In this document: one piece after another, positions 1 to 7,867 of the stretch | Position numbering within the stretch: the first letter of the stretch is position 1 | Layout: every line of letters starts with the position of its first letter | Source: a virus | DNA: 40,630 bases | Strand: one strand, 5' to 3' | IMG/VR virus record: IMGVR_UViG_3300045988_007834 | The notes under the pieces: model-generated | The model's database searches: none | The model's input: only the letters and a program-made list of their open reading frames with translations | What the model was told of the DNA's origin: nothing | Made by a program: the position numbers and the translations under genes

Positions 1-119
1 GTGGCCGGGACAGGAGAACGGATACTGGAGGAACCGGTTGAGAACGGTCAGCACGGAACGGTTGAAACAGATCTATTTTGAGAAATTCGGGGTGATGCCA
101 TGTATGCAGTAAAAAAAGA
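1..119 (+). repeat. Left copy of the exact 119-bp terminal direct repeat (identical to 40512..40630)
   Basis: Direct comparison of the first 119 nt with the last 119 nt shows identity. Position 120 continues the ORF. Confidence 0.95.
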
Positions 120-411
120 GGGTGCGTTTGCCGGGTATGCGGACAGCATTATGCTCATCCGGCTGCATAGCAACGGCTGCTATGTACCGTGCAAGGAAGC
201 GGAGGCCGAGGGCTTTTGTGCGAAGATGGCCGTGACGCTGACCGACAAGGACGGGAAGGAATATCAGGCACTGTCTGATACGGTGTTCCGGCTGGCGGGC
301 AAGCTGCTGAAAGGCACAGAACCAGAGGGCAGCTATGAGGAAATGGGTGCGGCAATCCCGCTGACGGATGCAGAGACAGCAGCGAAAATTTTACTTGGGG
401 AGGCGGAATGA
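100..411 (+). CDS. Hypothetical protein of the fibre/adhesin module
   Basis: 103-aa ORF. Its start overlaps the stop of the preceding gene (ATG..TAA context), and it is co-oriented and tightly packed with neighbours. Confidence 0.5.
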   Translation: MYAVKKEGAFAGYADSIMLIRLHSNGCYVPCKEAEAEGFCAKMAVTLTDKDGKEYQALSDTVFRLAGKLLKGTEPEGSYEEMGAAIPLTDAETAAKILLGEAE

Positions 412-809
412 TGAGCTATACAGAAAGGGCAAGAGCATTGCGGCCTTACATTGAGAAAGCATCTGTGAGCCTAGCTGATGAAGATGCGCTGCAAGCAGTA
501 GAGTTGTTTCCCCAATGGGTGATAGACCGCGCTTATGTAGTAGATGAGCGGCTGCAATATAAGAATGTGCTATATCGCGTGGTTCAGGCGCACACATCAC
601 AGGCAGATTGGATGCCGGACAAGACACCGGCGCTGTTTGTGATCGTTTCACTTGACGAATGGCCTGAATTCGTGCAGCCTACTGGTGCGCACGATGCGTA
701 CAAAAAGGGCGACAAGGTCACGTTTGAGGGCAAGCACTATATCAGCCTGATTGACGCGAACGTGTATTCGCCCACGGCATATCCGGCTGGTTGGCAGGAA
801 CAGGCATAA
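408..809 (+). CDS. Hypothetical protein with a C-terminal CBM5/12-like aromatic motif (putative carbohydrate binding)
   Basis: ATGATG start overlaps the upstream stop, with RBS GGGGAGG. The C-terminus AYKKGDKVTFEGKHYISLIDANVYSPTAYPAGW resembles the small chitin/carbohydrate-binding module pattern. Confidence 0.45.
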   Translation: MMSYTERARALRPYIEKASVSLADEDALQAVELFPQWVIDRAYVVDERLQYKNVLYRVVQAHTSQADWMPDKTPALFVIVSLDEWPEFVQPTGAHDAYKKGDKVTFEGKHYISLIDANVYSPTAYPAGWQEQA

Positions 810-851
810 AAAATCCGCCGTTTCGGAGGAAATTGACAATGGAGGTGTGCG

Positions 852-1852
852 GTGGACTACGGGCATAAAATGACGGACAAAGAGCTTCAGAAGCTCGAAA
901 AAAAATTTCATCTGCTTACCGTGCCGCACAGCGCGAACTTGATAAAACCATCAAGGAATATTTCGAACAATTCCGTCTGCGGGACGAAGCAGAGAAAAAA
1001 CGTGTTGAGGCTGGGGAGGTTACGCAGCAGGAATACACACAATGGAGGCTGGCGCAAATAGGGCGCGGAAAACGATTTTCGGCGCTTCGCGATAAATGTG
1101 CCGAGAGAATTACGAAAGCACATGAGATCGCCGTTGCGTATGTCAACGATGCGACACCGGGCATCTATTCGCTGAACCGGAATTATTCGGCGTATCAGAT
1201 CGAGCAGACAGGCGCGAACGTGGATTTTACCTTGTGGGATGAAGCCACGGTGCGTCGGCTCCTTATCGAGAATCCAGAACTTATGCCATACTACCCGCCC
1301 AAACGGGCCGTAAAGCGCGGCATTGATCTTGCGTATGGGCGCAGGCAGATCACGGCCAGCGTGACAAGTTCCATCCTACAAGGGAAGAGCATCGGCGGGA
1401 TCGCGGACGATCTCCAATCCAGAATCTATACAATGGATAGAGAATCTGCGATCAGAACGGCAAGAACGGCTGTAACTGGTGCGCAGAATGCGGGGCGTCA
1501 GGATGCGTGTGAGGCCGCACACAAAATGGGGATCGAAATAAAGAAGCAGTGGGTCGCCACGCTTGACGGAAGAACGCGCCGTTCGCATGCGCATCTCGAC
1601 GGAGAGACGGTTGACTATGATGATGTTTTTTCAAATGGTTGTCGCTTCCCCGGTGACCCGCGCGGAAAGCCTGCAGAGGTTTATAATTGCCGTTGCCGTA
1701 TGATTCAGCTTGTGAACGGCGTAGAGTTCCGCGCAAAACGTCGCATCCGTGACGAAAATGGTCGAAATGTCGTCGTGGATAATATCACATACAAGGAATG
1801 GGAGCGGATGAAGAAAAATGGAAGCGGACAGTCTGCAAATCGAAATCGATGA
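852..1852 (+). CDS. Minor capsid / head morphogenesis protein (SPP1 gp7 / Mu F family), interrupted; needs a -1 shift at the A8 tract 898..905
   Basis: GTG 852 lies 6 nt after GGAGG. Frame 0 reads MDYGHKMTDKELQKLEKK. The -1 frame from 905 reads ISSAYRAAQRELDKTIKEYFEQF...WRLAQ... and continues into the MuF core (RTRRSHAHLDGE, EVYNCRCR). The -1 frame has no start codon before 1220. Confidence 0.8.
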
Positions 1853-2231
1853 TCATAGCGAAGAAGTTCGACAGGAAATTTCAGAATCTCTGCTCCGCGC
1901 ACTTGAAACATGCGGGATTCAGTGCGAATCATACGCCGCGATGCTCTGCCCGGTTGATACTGGTGCGCTCCGCAACAGCATAACGCATCAGGTGTACCCA
2001 TCTGAAAAGGCTGTTCACGTCGGAACACCGCTTGAATATGGCGCTTACGTTGAACTTGGAACGGGCATCTATTATGATGGAGGCAGGCAAACACCGTGGG
2101 TGTATCAGGATACAAAAGGAAATTGGCATTATACGCGCGGCAATAAAGCACAACCGTTTCTGAAGCCTGCACTGAATGACCACGCGGATGAGTATAGGGA
2201 AATCATTAAAAACGCGCTTGAAAATGCGTAA
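1818..2231 (+). CDS. HK97 gp10-family head-tail joining / tail-completion-like protein
   Basis: Motifs CPVDTGALRNSI and PLEYGAYVELGTG are typical of the HK97 gp10 family. Confidence 0.6.
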   Translation: MEADSLQIEIDDHSEEVRQEISESLLRALETCGIQCESYAAMLCPVDTGALRNSITHQVYPSEKAVHVGTPLEYGAYVELGTGIYYDGGRQTPWVYQDTKGNWHYTRGNKAQPFLKPALNDHADEYREIIKNALENA

Positions 2232-2246
2232 TATCAGAAAAAAGTT

Positions 2247-2285
2247 TCCGCATACCCACTATTGTGGGCGTTGCGGACTTTTTTT
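2247..2285 (+). terminator. Rho-independent terminator (nested hairpin plus T-run)
   Basis: Outer stem TCCGCA ... TGCGGA encloses inner hairpin CCCAC-TATT-GTGGG, followed by CTTTTTTT. Confidence 0.65.
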
Positions 2286-2386
2286 GCCTTAAAATTATAG
2301 GAGCAACCGGTAAACGCCGCGAAGCACTGCGGTTTTATACAACAGTCGTGCCGAGGAACCGGCACCGAAGAAAAGGAGACTGAACA

Positions 2387-2971
2387 ATGGCACTTACCCG
2401 ACGACTTCTTAAAGGCATGGGACTGACGGAGGAACAGATGGACACCATCATTGAGGCGCACTCCGATACAGTTGATGGGCTGAAAGGCGAACTGTCGAAG
2501 TACAAGGCGGACGCCGAAAAGCTCCCCGGCGTGCAAAAGGAGCTGGAAGACCTGAAAGCCAAAGGCGATGACGGCTGGAAGGACAAGCACGACAAAGTCA
2601 AAAGGGAATTTGACGAGTACAAGGAAGAGCAGACGAAAAAGGAAACCAGAAGCGCGAAGGAAGCCGCTTATCGTGACCTTTTGAAGGCTGCCGGTATCAG
2701 CGACAAACGTCTCGACGCGGTTATGCGCGTTACTGATCTGGACACGGTCGAACTGGAAGACGGGAAAATCAAAGGCGCTGATACGCTGAAATCGTCCATC
2801 GAGAAAGAATGGGCCGATTTTATTGTAAAGACTGACCAGAAAGGCGCGGACACCAAAAACCCGCTGAATAATGTCGGGGGCGAGACGATGACCAGAGCGG
2901 AAATTGCGGCGCTGCCGGATAGAGAGGCACGCAGAGAAGCTCGTCTCAAGCTCCTGCAAAACGAACAGTAA
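2387..2971 (+). CDS. Capsid scaffolding protein
   Basis: Highly charged Lys/Glu/Asp-rich, probably helical 194-aa protein immediately upstream of the major capsid gene, with RBS AAGGAG. Confidence 0.65.
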   Translation: MALTRRLLKGMGLTEEQMDTIIEAHSDTVDGLKGELSKYKADAEKLPGVQKELEDLKAKGDDGWKDKHDKVKREFDEYKEEQTKKETRSAKEAAYRDLLKAAGISDKRLDAVMRVTDLDTVELEDGKIKGADTLKSSIEKEWADFIVKTDQKGADTKNPLNNVGGETMTRAEIAALPDREARREARLKLLQNEQ

Positions 2972-2983
2972 AGGAGACTATAT

Positions 2984-4123
2984 ATGGCTGAAACTAATCT
3001 CATCAAGAAAAATGATCTCGCGCGTGAGCGCGAAATGGAGTTTGTCGACCAGTTCGGCTATTCCATTAAGAAGCTCGTCGAGGCGCTCGGTGTGACCAGA
3101 AAGATCCCGAAACAGGCTGGCACTGTGCTGAAAGCCTATAAGGCAACCGGTACGCTCGAAAGCGGCATCGTTGGCGAGGGAGAAACTATTCCGCTCTCCC
3201 ATTACAAGGTTGAGCCTGTGAACTATGCGGAGATCACCCTCAAAAAGTGGCGCAAAGCTACGTCTGCGGAGGCAATCACCGACCGTGGTTACGATCAGGC
3301 CGTCGAAATGACTACCACCGAAATGCTCCGTGATGTGCAGCGCAGCATCCGCAAGAGCTTCTTCGATTTCCTTGCGACCGGCACTGGCGCTGTGTCCGGC
3401 AAGGACTTTCAGAGCGTGCTTGCACAGGCGTGGGGCAACCTTCAGGTTCTCTTTGAGGATGACGAGATCGGCGCGGTCTACTTCCTCAATCCGCTGGATG
3501 TTGCTGACTATCTGGCGAGTGCGAACATCACGCTGCAGACTGCGTTCGGAATGACCTACGTCGAGAATTTCCTCGGCCTTGGTACTGTGATCCTAAATTC
3601 CAGTGTTCCGAAGGGCAAGATTTACGCCACTGCGAAGGACAACATCGTCCTCTACTACATCCCAGTAAATGGTGCCGACCTCAACGAAGCGTTTGCGTTT
3701 ACGTCCGACGCGACCGGATATATCGGTATCCATGAGCAGCCGGACTATACCAATATGACCGCCTCTGACACGGTCGTCAATGGTATGGTTCTGTTTGCGG
3801 AGCGCCTTGATGGTGTTGTTGTCGGCTCGATTGACAACGGTACACTTGGTGCGCTGACCGTGACGTCCGCGGCTGGTACCGCTACTGGCGACACAAAGCT
3901 GACTGTTTCCCCGGCGAAGTCCGCAAAGGGCAACAAGTACAAGTATAAGTCGGCGGAAACCACGGCTCCAATCGTTGTATACGGAGAGAACGTGCAGAGC
4001 TGGAACGACTGGGATGGCAAGTCTGATCTCACTATCACGAGCGGTCACAAGGTCACTGTTGTTGAGTGCGATGGCAACTTCCGCGCACTGAAATCCGGCA
4101 ACGCAACCGTTACCGTAAAGTAA
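2984..4123 (+). CDS. Major capsid protein (HK97-fold type) with a C-terminal Ig-like domain
   Basis: 379 aa, positioned after the scaffold gene, with strong RBS AAAGGAG. The C-terminal ~90 aa (LGALTVTSAAGTATGDTKLTVSP...ATVTVK) look like a Big_2-type Ig domain. Confidence 0.8.
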   Translation: MAETNLIKKNDLAREREMEFVDQFGYSIKKLVEALGVTRKIPKQAGTVLKAYKATGTLESGIVGEGETIPLSHYKVEPVNYAEITLKKWRKATSAEAITDRGYDQAVEMTTTEMLRDVQRSIRKSFFDFLATGTGAVSGKDFQSVLAQAWGNLQVLFEDDEIGAVYFLNPLDVADYLASANITLQTAFGMTYVENFLGLGTVILNSSVPKGKIYATAKDNIVLYYIPVNGADLNEAFAFTSDATGYIGIHEQPDYTNMTASDTVVNGMVLFAERLDGVVVGSIDNGTLGALTVTSAAGTATGDTKLTVSPAKSAKGNKYKYKSAETTAPIVVYGENVQSWNDWDGKSDLTITSGHKVTVVECDGNFRALKSGNATVTVK

Positions 4124-4138
4124 TTTAGGAGGGGCGCA

Positions 4139-4552
4139 ATGCTGACAGAATTATGCGGACATTTGAAGAATTGGTTTGACCGTGAACGGTATGCCGGAAC
4201 CTTCACCGTAGAAAATGGCAGTATTGCGCTTCCTTTTCTTCGGGAAGGACAGTATTTTAGGATTCTTGGCTCGACGTTCAACGACGGTGTGCATCAATAC
4301 CCAGCCTATGGATTAACGGACGAGGCGTTTGACGGCGCTGTGTGGGCACTTGCAATACCGCCGTCCGTCTTGGCCCTTGACGCAGAAATCGAGGCATGGC
4401 AGGACAAGAACGGCGACACAGCAGCGTCACCGTATAGCTCGGAATCGTTCGGCGGGTATTCTTACTCACGGGCGACGGATGAGAAAACTGGCGGCGCAGT
4501 GACGTGGCAGAGCGCATTCCGTAGCAGATTGAATCAGTGGAGGAAATTATGA
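4139..4552 (+). CDS. Head-tail connector/adaptor protein (putative)
   Basis: Lies directly after the major capsid gene, with RBS AGGAGGGG. The conserved-looking segment is YFRILGSTFNDGVH...SESFGGYSYS. Confidence 0.5.
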   Translation: MLTELCGHLKNWFDRERYAGTFTVENGSIALPFLREGQYFRILGSTFNDGVHQYPAYGLTDEAFDGAVWALAIPPSVLALDAEIEAWQDKNGDTAASPYSSESFGGYSYSRATDEKTGGAVTWQSAFRSRLNQWRKL

Positions 4553-4899
4553 GCCTTTTGAATGACTTTGCCCGCCCTTGCGTGCTCATGGAGAAACACA
4601 GGGAGCCGGACGGCGCAGGCGGGTATATCACTACATGGACGGAGGGCGCGTCGTTTTCGAACTATCAAGCGCTGGACACGTCGATGGAAGCTCGCCGTGC
4701 GGAGAAAGAGGGCGTTACAAGCGTCTACTCGGCGCTCGTTGACAAGGCTGTTCCGATTGAGTACGGCGACTATTTCCGAGACACAGAAACTGGTACGACG
4801 TACAGAGTGACGTCAAACCCGGAGGAAAAGCAAGCGCCACGTTCCGCAAGTTTCACTCTAAAATATTTTACGGCGGAAAGGAAAGAGTTACCGGCATGA
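4549..4899 (+). CDS. Head closure / head-tail adaptor protein (putative)
   Basis: ATG 4549 follows GGAGGAAATT. Size and position fit the connector cluster. Confidence 0.5.
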   Translation: MSLLNDFARPCVLMEKHREPDGAGGYITTWTEGASFSNYQALDTSMEARRAEKEGVTSVYSALVDKAVPIEYGDYFRDTETGTTYRVTSNPEEKQAPRSASFTLKYFTAERKELPA

Positions 4900-5264
4900 C
4901 GAAAGATAAAGCATTACACGCATGGTTCGGCCAGTTTCTCCCCGCCTATCCGGCGTCCTCCGTGCCGGGGGACGCCGTTTTTCCGTGGTTGACCTATGAT
5001 CTTATTCTCGGAGCGTGGGACAGCGGAGAAGCATCAATCACGGTAAACCTCTGGTATTACACCGAGAGCGAAGCAATACCAAATGCAAAGGCACAGGAGA
5101 TCGCGGACGCTATTGGAATGGGAGGCGTTTTTGTTTCTTGCGACGAGGGCGCGATTTGGCTGAAACGCGGCACTCCGTGGTGTCAGGCGATTAAAGACGA
5201 TTCTGAACCAAACGTCAAACGGCGGTATCTCAATATCACCGCCGAATTTATCACACCCAACTGA
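4896..5264 (+). CDS. Neck / tail-completion protein (putative)
   Basis: ATGA start-stop overlap with the upstream gene. It sits between the connector genes and the major tail gene. Confidence 0.4.
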   Translation: MTKDKALHAWFGQFLPAYPASSVPGDAVFPWLTYDLILGAWDSGEASITVNLWYYTESEAIPNAKAQEIADAIGMGGVFVSCDEGAIWLKRGTPWCQAIKDDSEPNVKRRYLNITAEFITPN

Positions 5265-5279
5265 AAGGACTGATTTTAT

Positions 5280-5870
5280 ATGGCAAAGTTTACGAAGATC
5301 CCCGCCGATACGTTCAAACAGCTTCAGATCAATGCGGGCATCATTCTGAAAGATTTCGCCCCGGCTTCTGGCACATTCAAAGCCGCTGACCAGCTCGGTG
5401 CAACGACAGGCGGCGTTACCTTCTCGGCGACACCGACGTTTTCCGACTATGGCGGCGACGTTGACAACTGCCCCAAGAATATGAAGGAACTGAAGCGTCA
5501 GGAATCCATTGAGGCAAAGACCAGCGGCACGTTTGTCACCATGTCCACCGCCGTTGCGAAGTCTCTGATTGCTACGGCGGACATTGACGCACAGGATTCT
5601 ACGAAGATCGTTCCGCGCCTTGATTTGGCCGATTCTGATTTCGATGATCTTTGGATCGTCGGTGACTATTCTGACAAAAACGGCGAGCAGAAGGGCGGCT
5701 TCATCGCAATCCACATGATGAACGCACTCTCTACCGGCGGATTCCAGATGAAAACCAGCGACAAGGCAAAGGGCCAGTTTGCGTTTGAGTACACGGCACA
5801 CTTCGCAATGGCGGAGCAGACCAAAGTTCCGTATGAAATCTACATCAAAGCTGGCGAGGCGGACGCATAA
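5280..5870 (+). CDS. Major tail protein
   Basis: 196-aa protein directly upstream of the G/G-T chaperone pair and the tape measure gene. Confidence 0.6.
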   Translation: MAKFTKIPADTFKQLQINAGIILKDFAPASGTFKAADQLGATTGGVTFSATPTFSDYGGDVDNCPKNMKELKRQESIEAKTSGTFVTMSTAVAKSLIATADIDAQDSTKIVPRLDLADSDFDDLWIVGDYSDKNGEQKGGFIAIHMMNALSTGGFQMKTSDKAKGQFAFEYTAHFAMAEQTKVPYEIYIKAGEADA

Positions 5871-5879
5871 GGAGGAAAC

Positions 5880-6242
5880 ATGAAACTTTCTGAACTGAGT
5901 ACGGATCGCGCGGCGGATGTGCTGTGCGAGATTTCCGTTTTCCTGCTCAATATCACGAGCGACGAGGATGTCATCACATCCCTGAAACTCAACACAAAGG
6001 AAGCGAAAACCGTTGCAGAGAAATATGCAATGGCGGCAAATCGCGTCAGCCAGTGGGTGCCGATGCTTCTGAAAAACCATAGAGAAGACGTGTTCGGCAT
6101 CCTTGCAGTTTTGAACGAAAAAAATGTCGATGACATCCGGAAGCAGAAGATTGTGGAGACGCTGCGGCAAATCAGGGAGATCGCGCAGGATAAGGAACTC
6201 ATTGATTTTTTCTCATCGTGCGTATCGGAGGGGAAAGAGTAA
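5880..6242 (+). CDS. Tail assembly chaperone (G-like)
   Basis: 120-aa acidic protein between the major tail and tape measure genes, with RBS AAGGAGGA. It contains a slippery heptamer near its end. Confidence 0.75.
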   Translation: MKLSELSTDRAADVLCEISVFLLNITSDEDVITSLKLNTKEAKTVAEKYAMAANRVSQWVPMLLKNHREDVFGILAVLNEKNVDDIRKQKIVETLRQIREIAQDKELIDFFSSCVSEGKE

Positions 6243-6517
6243 CACTCTCCCTTCTGGATGCGCCGAAAATTTCAGCGCCCGCACTCATTCGACTCCTGCC
6301 CGTTTTGATTCGGCAGCGGAGGGAAAAGTGGTTGTTTGATGATTATATGTCGCGCTGTGCCAGAGTTTTAACAGAGAACACTGCAAAACTTGTGGGCGGA
6401 CGGTATATGCAGTCGGATCTTGATGAAATATTGCGTCCGAAGAAAGAAGACACGCGCTCTTGCGAGGAAATTACAACTGATATTGTGCGGCGGTGTGGAT
6501 TGGTGGTGGAAGAATGA
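5880..6517 (+). CDS. Tail assembly chaperone G-T fusion made by a -1 programmed frameshift at 6206..6212
   Basis: The -1 frame opens exactly at 6206, after a TGA at 6203. It runs to 6517 and overlaps the tape measure start (ATGA). Confidence 0.7.
6206..6212 (+). promoter_or_regulatory. -1 ribosomal frameshift slippery heptamer T_TTT_TTC
   Basis: Zero-frame codons are TTT TTC, preceded by T. This is the canonical X_XXY_YYZ form, at the conserved G/T position. Confidence 0.7.
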
Positions 6518-7815
6518 ATTTACTAGATATTGTGGTGAAGATCACCGCTGATTCATCCGGCGTGGATGATGGAATGGATTCCGCGAAGAAGAAAGTGTCG
6601 TCGTGGAAGGATAATGTCGGGAAAGCGGCGAAAACTGCGGCGAAGGGATTTGCTGTTGCAGCAGCAGCCACGACAGCGGTCATCGCTGGAATTAGTAAGG
6701 TTATCGACGCGACTGAGGAATATCGTGTTGCACAGGGCAAACTGAACGCCGCCTTTGAAACTGCCGGATATAGTGCTGAGACGGCACAGGCGGCTTACAC
6801 TGGCCTTTACAAAATCCTCGGTGACACGGATACCGCCACAGAAACAGCGCAGCTCATGGCGAAACTGGCACGCAACCAAGAAGATTTTGCAACGTGGACG
6901 AATATCGCCGCTGGTGTAAACGGCACGTTCGGTGATTCGCTGCCTATAAACGGACTTATTGAGGCCGCAAACGAGACGGCAAAGGTTGGACAGGTTACGG
7001 GCGTTCTGGCGGATGCGCTGAACTGGGCCGGTATTTCCGAGGATGATTTTAATGAATCACTTGCGAACTGCTCCGGCGAGGCGGAGCGGAACAGCCTGAT
7101 CATGAATACCCTGTCCGGTACATATTCCGATGCGGCGGATTCTTTCTACAAAAATAACGAGCAGGTAATCAAATCACGCGAAAATCAGGTGAAGCTGCAG
7201 GAATCGACCGCGAAACTCGGCGAGAAGTTCCAAGAACTGAAAAACAATTTCCTCGATAAACTGACCCCAACATTCATAACGGTTATGGATGCAGGCATGC
7301 AGTTTATCGATAAAGTCTCAAAGGCCCTTGACGATTCTGGCCTCATTGAGGCAATCGGATCGATCCTTGAAATTGCAGTTGGATTGCTCGACCCGCTCGC
7401 AGATCTGATCGTGACTTTCCTCCCGGCATTGAAGGTTGCTCTTGATCCTGTCGCAAAAGTGCTTGCGTTAATTGCTGATGCTGCGAACGTCGTAGCCGGT
7501 ATTTTTACATGGGATTTCAACCGGATCGGCACGGCACTCGGTATGAATGTTTCGAAGGGCCAGTTATCTACCTATCAGAAGGTTGTCTATGGAGATACGC
7601 TCAAGAGCACGTCTTATAGTGAATCCGCAGGCGGATGGACTGGAACTGGTGGCTACATTGAGGCTGGAACCGGGAAGTATGTGCCTTACTCGGCGAGCAA
7701 TTCCACGACGAATAATTACAACATCAACATTGATTCGTCAAACGTGCAGCAATTTAACGATGTTGTAAACATCGCGCAAAATCAGCGCAGAACCAGCAGA
7801 ATGGGAGGCGGCTAA
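6514..7815 (+). CDS. Tape measure protein (short, 433 aa)
   Basis: Position after G/G-T. It has an Ala-rich helical N-terminus with a hydrophobic core region, and RBS GGTGGTGGAAGA. Confidence 0.75.
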   Translation: MNLLDIVVKITADSSGVDDGMDSAKKKVSSWKDNVGKAAKTAAKGFAVAAAATTAVIAGISKVIDATEEYRVAQGKLNAAFETAGYSAETAQAAYTGLYKILGDTDTATETAQLMAKLARNQEDFATWTNIAAGVNGTFGDSLPINGLIEAANETAKVGQVTGVLADALNWAGISEDDFNESLANCSGEAERNSLIMNTLSGTYSDAADSFYKNNEQVIKSRENQVKLQESTAKLGEKFQELKNNFLDKLTPTFITVMDAGMQFIDKVSKALDDSGLIEAIGSILEIAVGLLDPLADLIVTFLPALKVALDPVAKVLALIADAANVVAGIFTWDFNRIGTALGMNVSKGQLSTYQKVVYGDTLKSTSYSESAGGWTGTGGYIEAGTGKYVPYSASNSTTNNYNINIDSSNVQQFNDVVNIAQNQRRTSRMGGG

Positions 7816-7867
7816 TATGGGTTATAAACAGGATCTCCGCAGAGTGGTACGGATGGGAGGGGCTTAA

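Noticed and set aside
810-851. Weak hairpin (CCGCCG-TTT-CGGAGG) as a terminator before the MuF gene
   Set aside because: The stem is 6 bp with a mismatch and no proper T-run. Not convincing.
5034-6170. 378-aa ORF on the minus strand, and similar long antisense ORFs at 8378..9505, 14838..15662, 20267..21058, 34397..35179 and 36349..37281
   Set aside because: All are antisense to well-supported structural or terminase genes and are Arg/Cys/His/Gly-rich with no motifs or RBS. This is the typical shadow-ORF pattern in moderately GC-rich coding DNA.
7817-7867. 16-codon ORF between the tape measure and the Dit-position gene
   Set aside because: It is too short, has no supporting signal, and is probably just intergenic spacer containing the next RBS.
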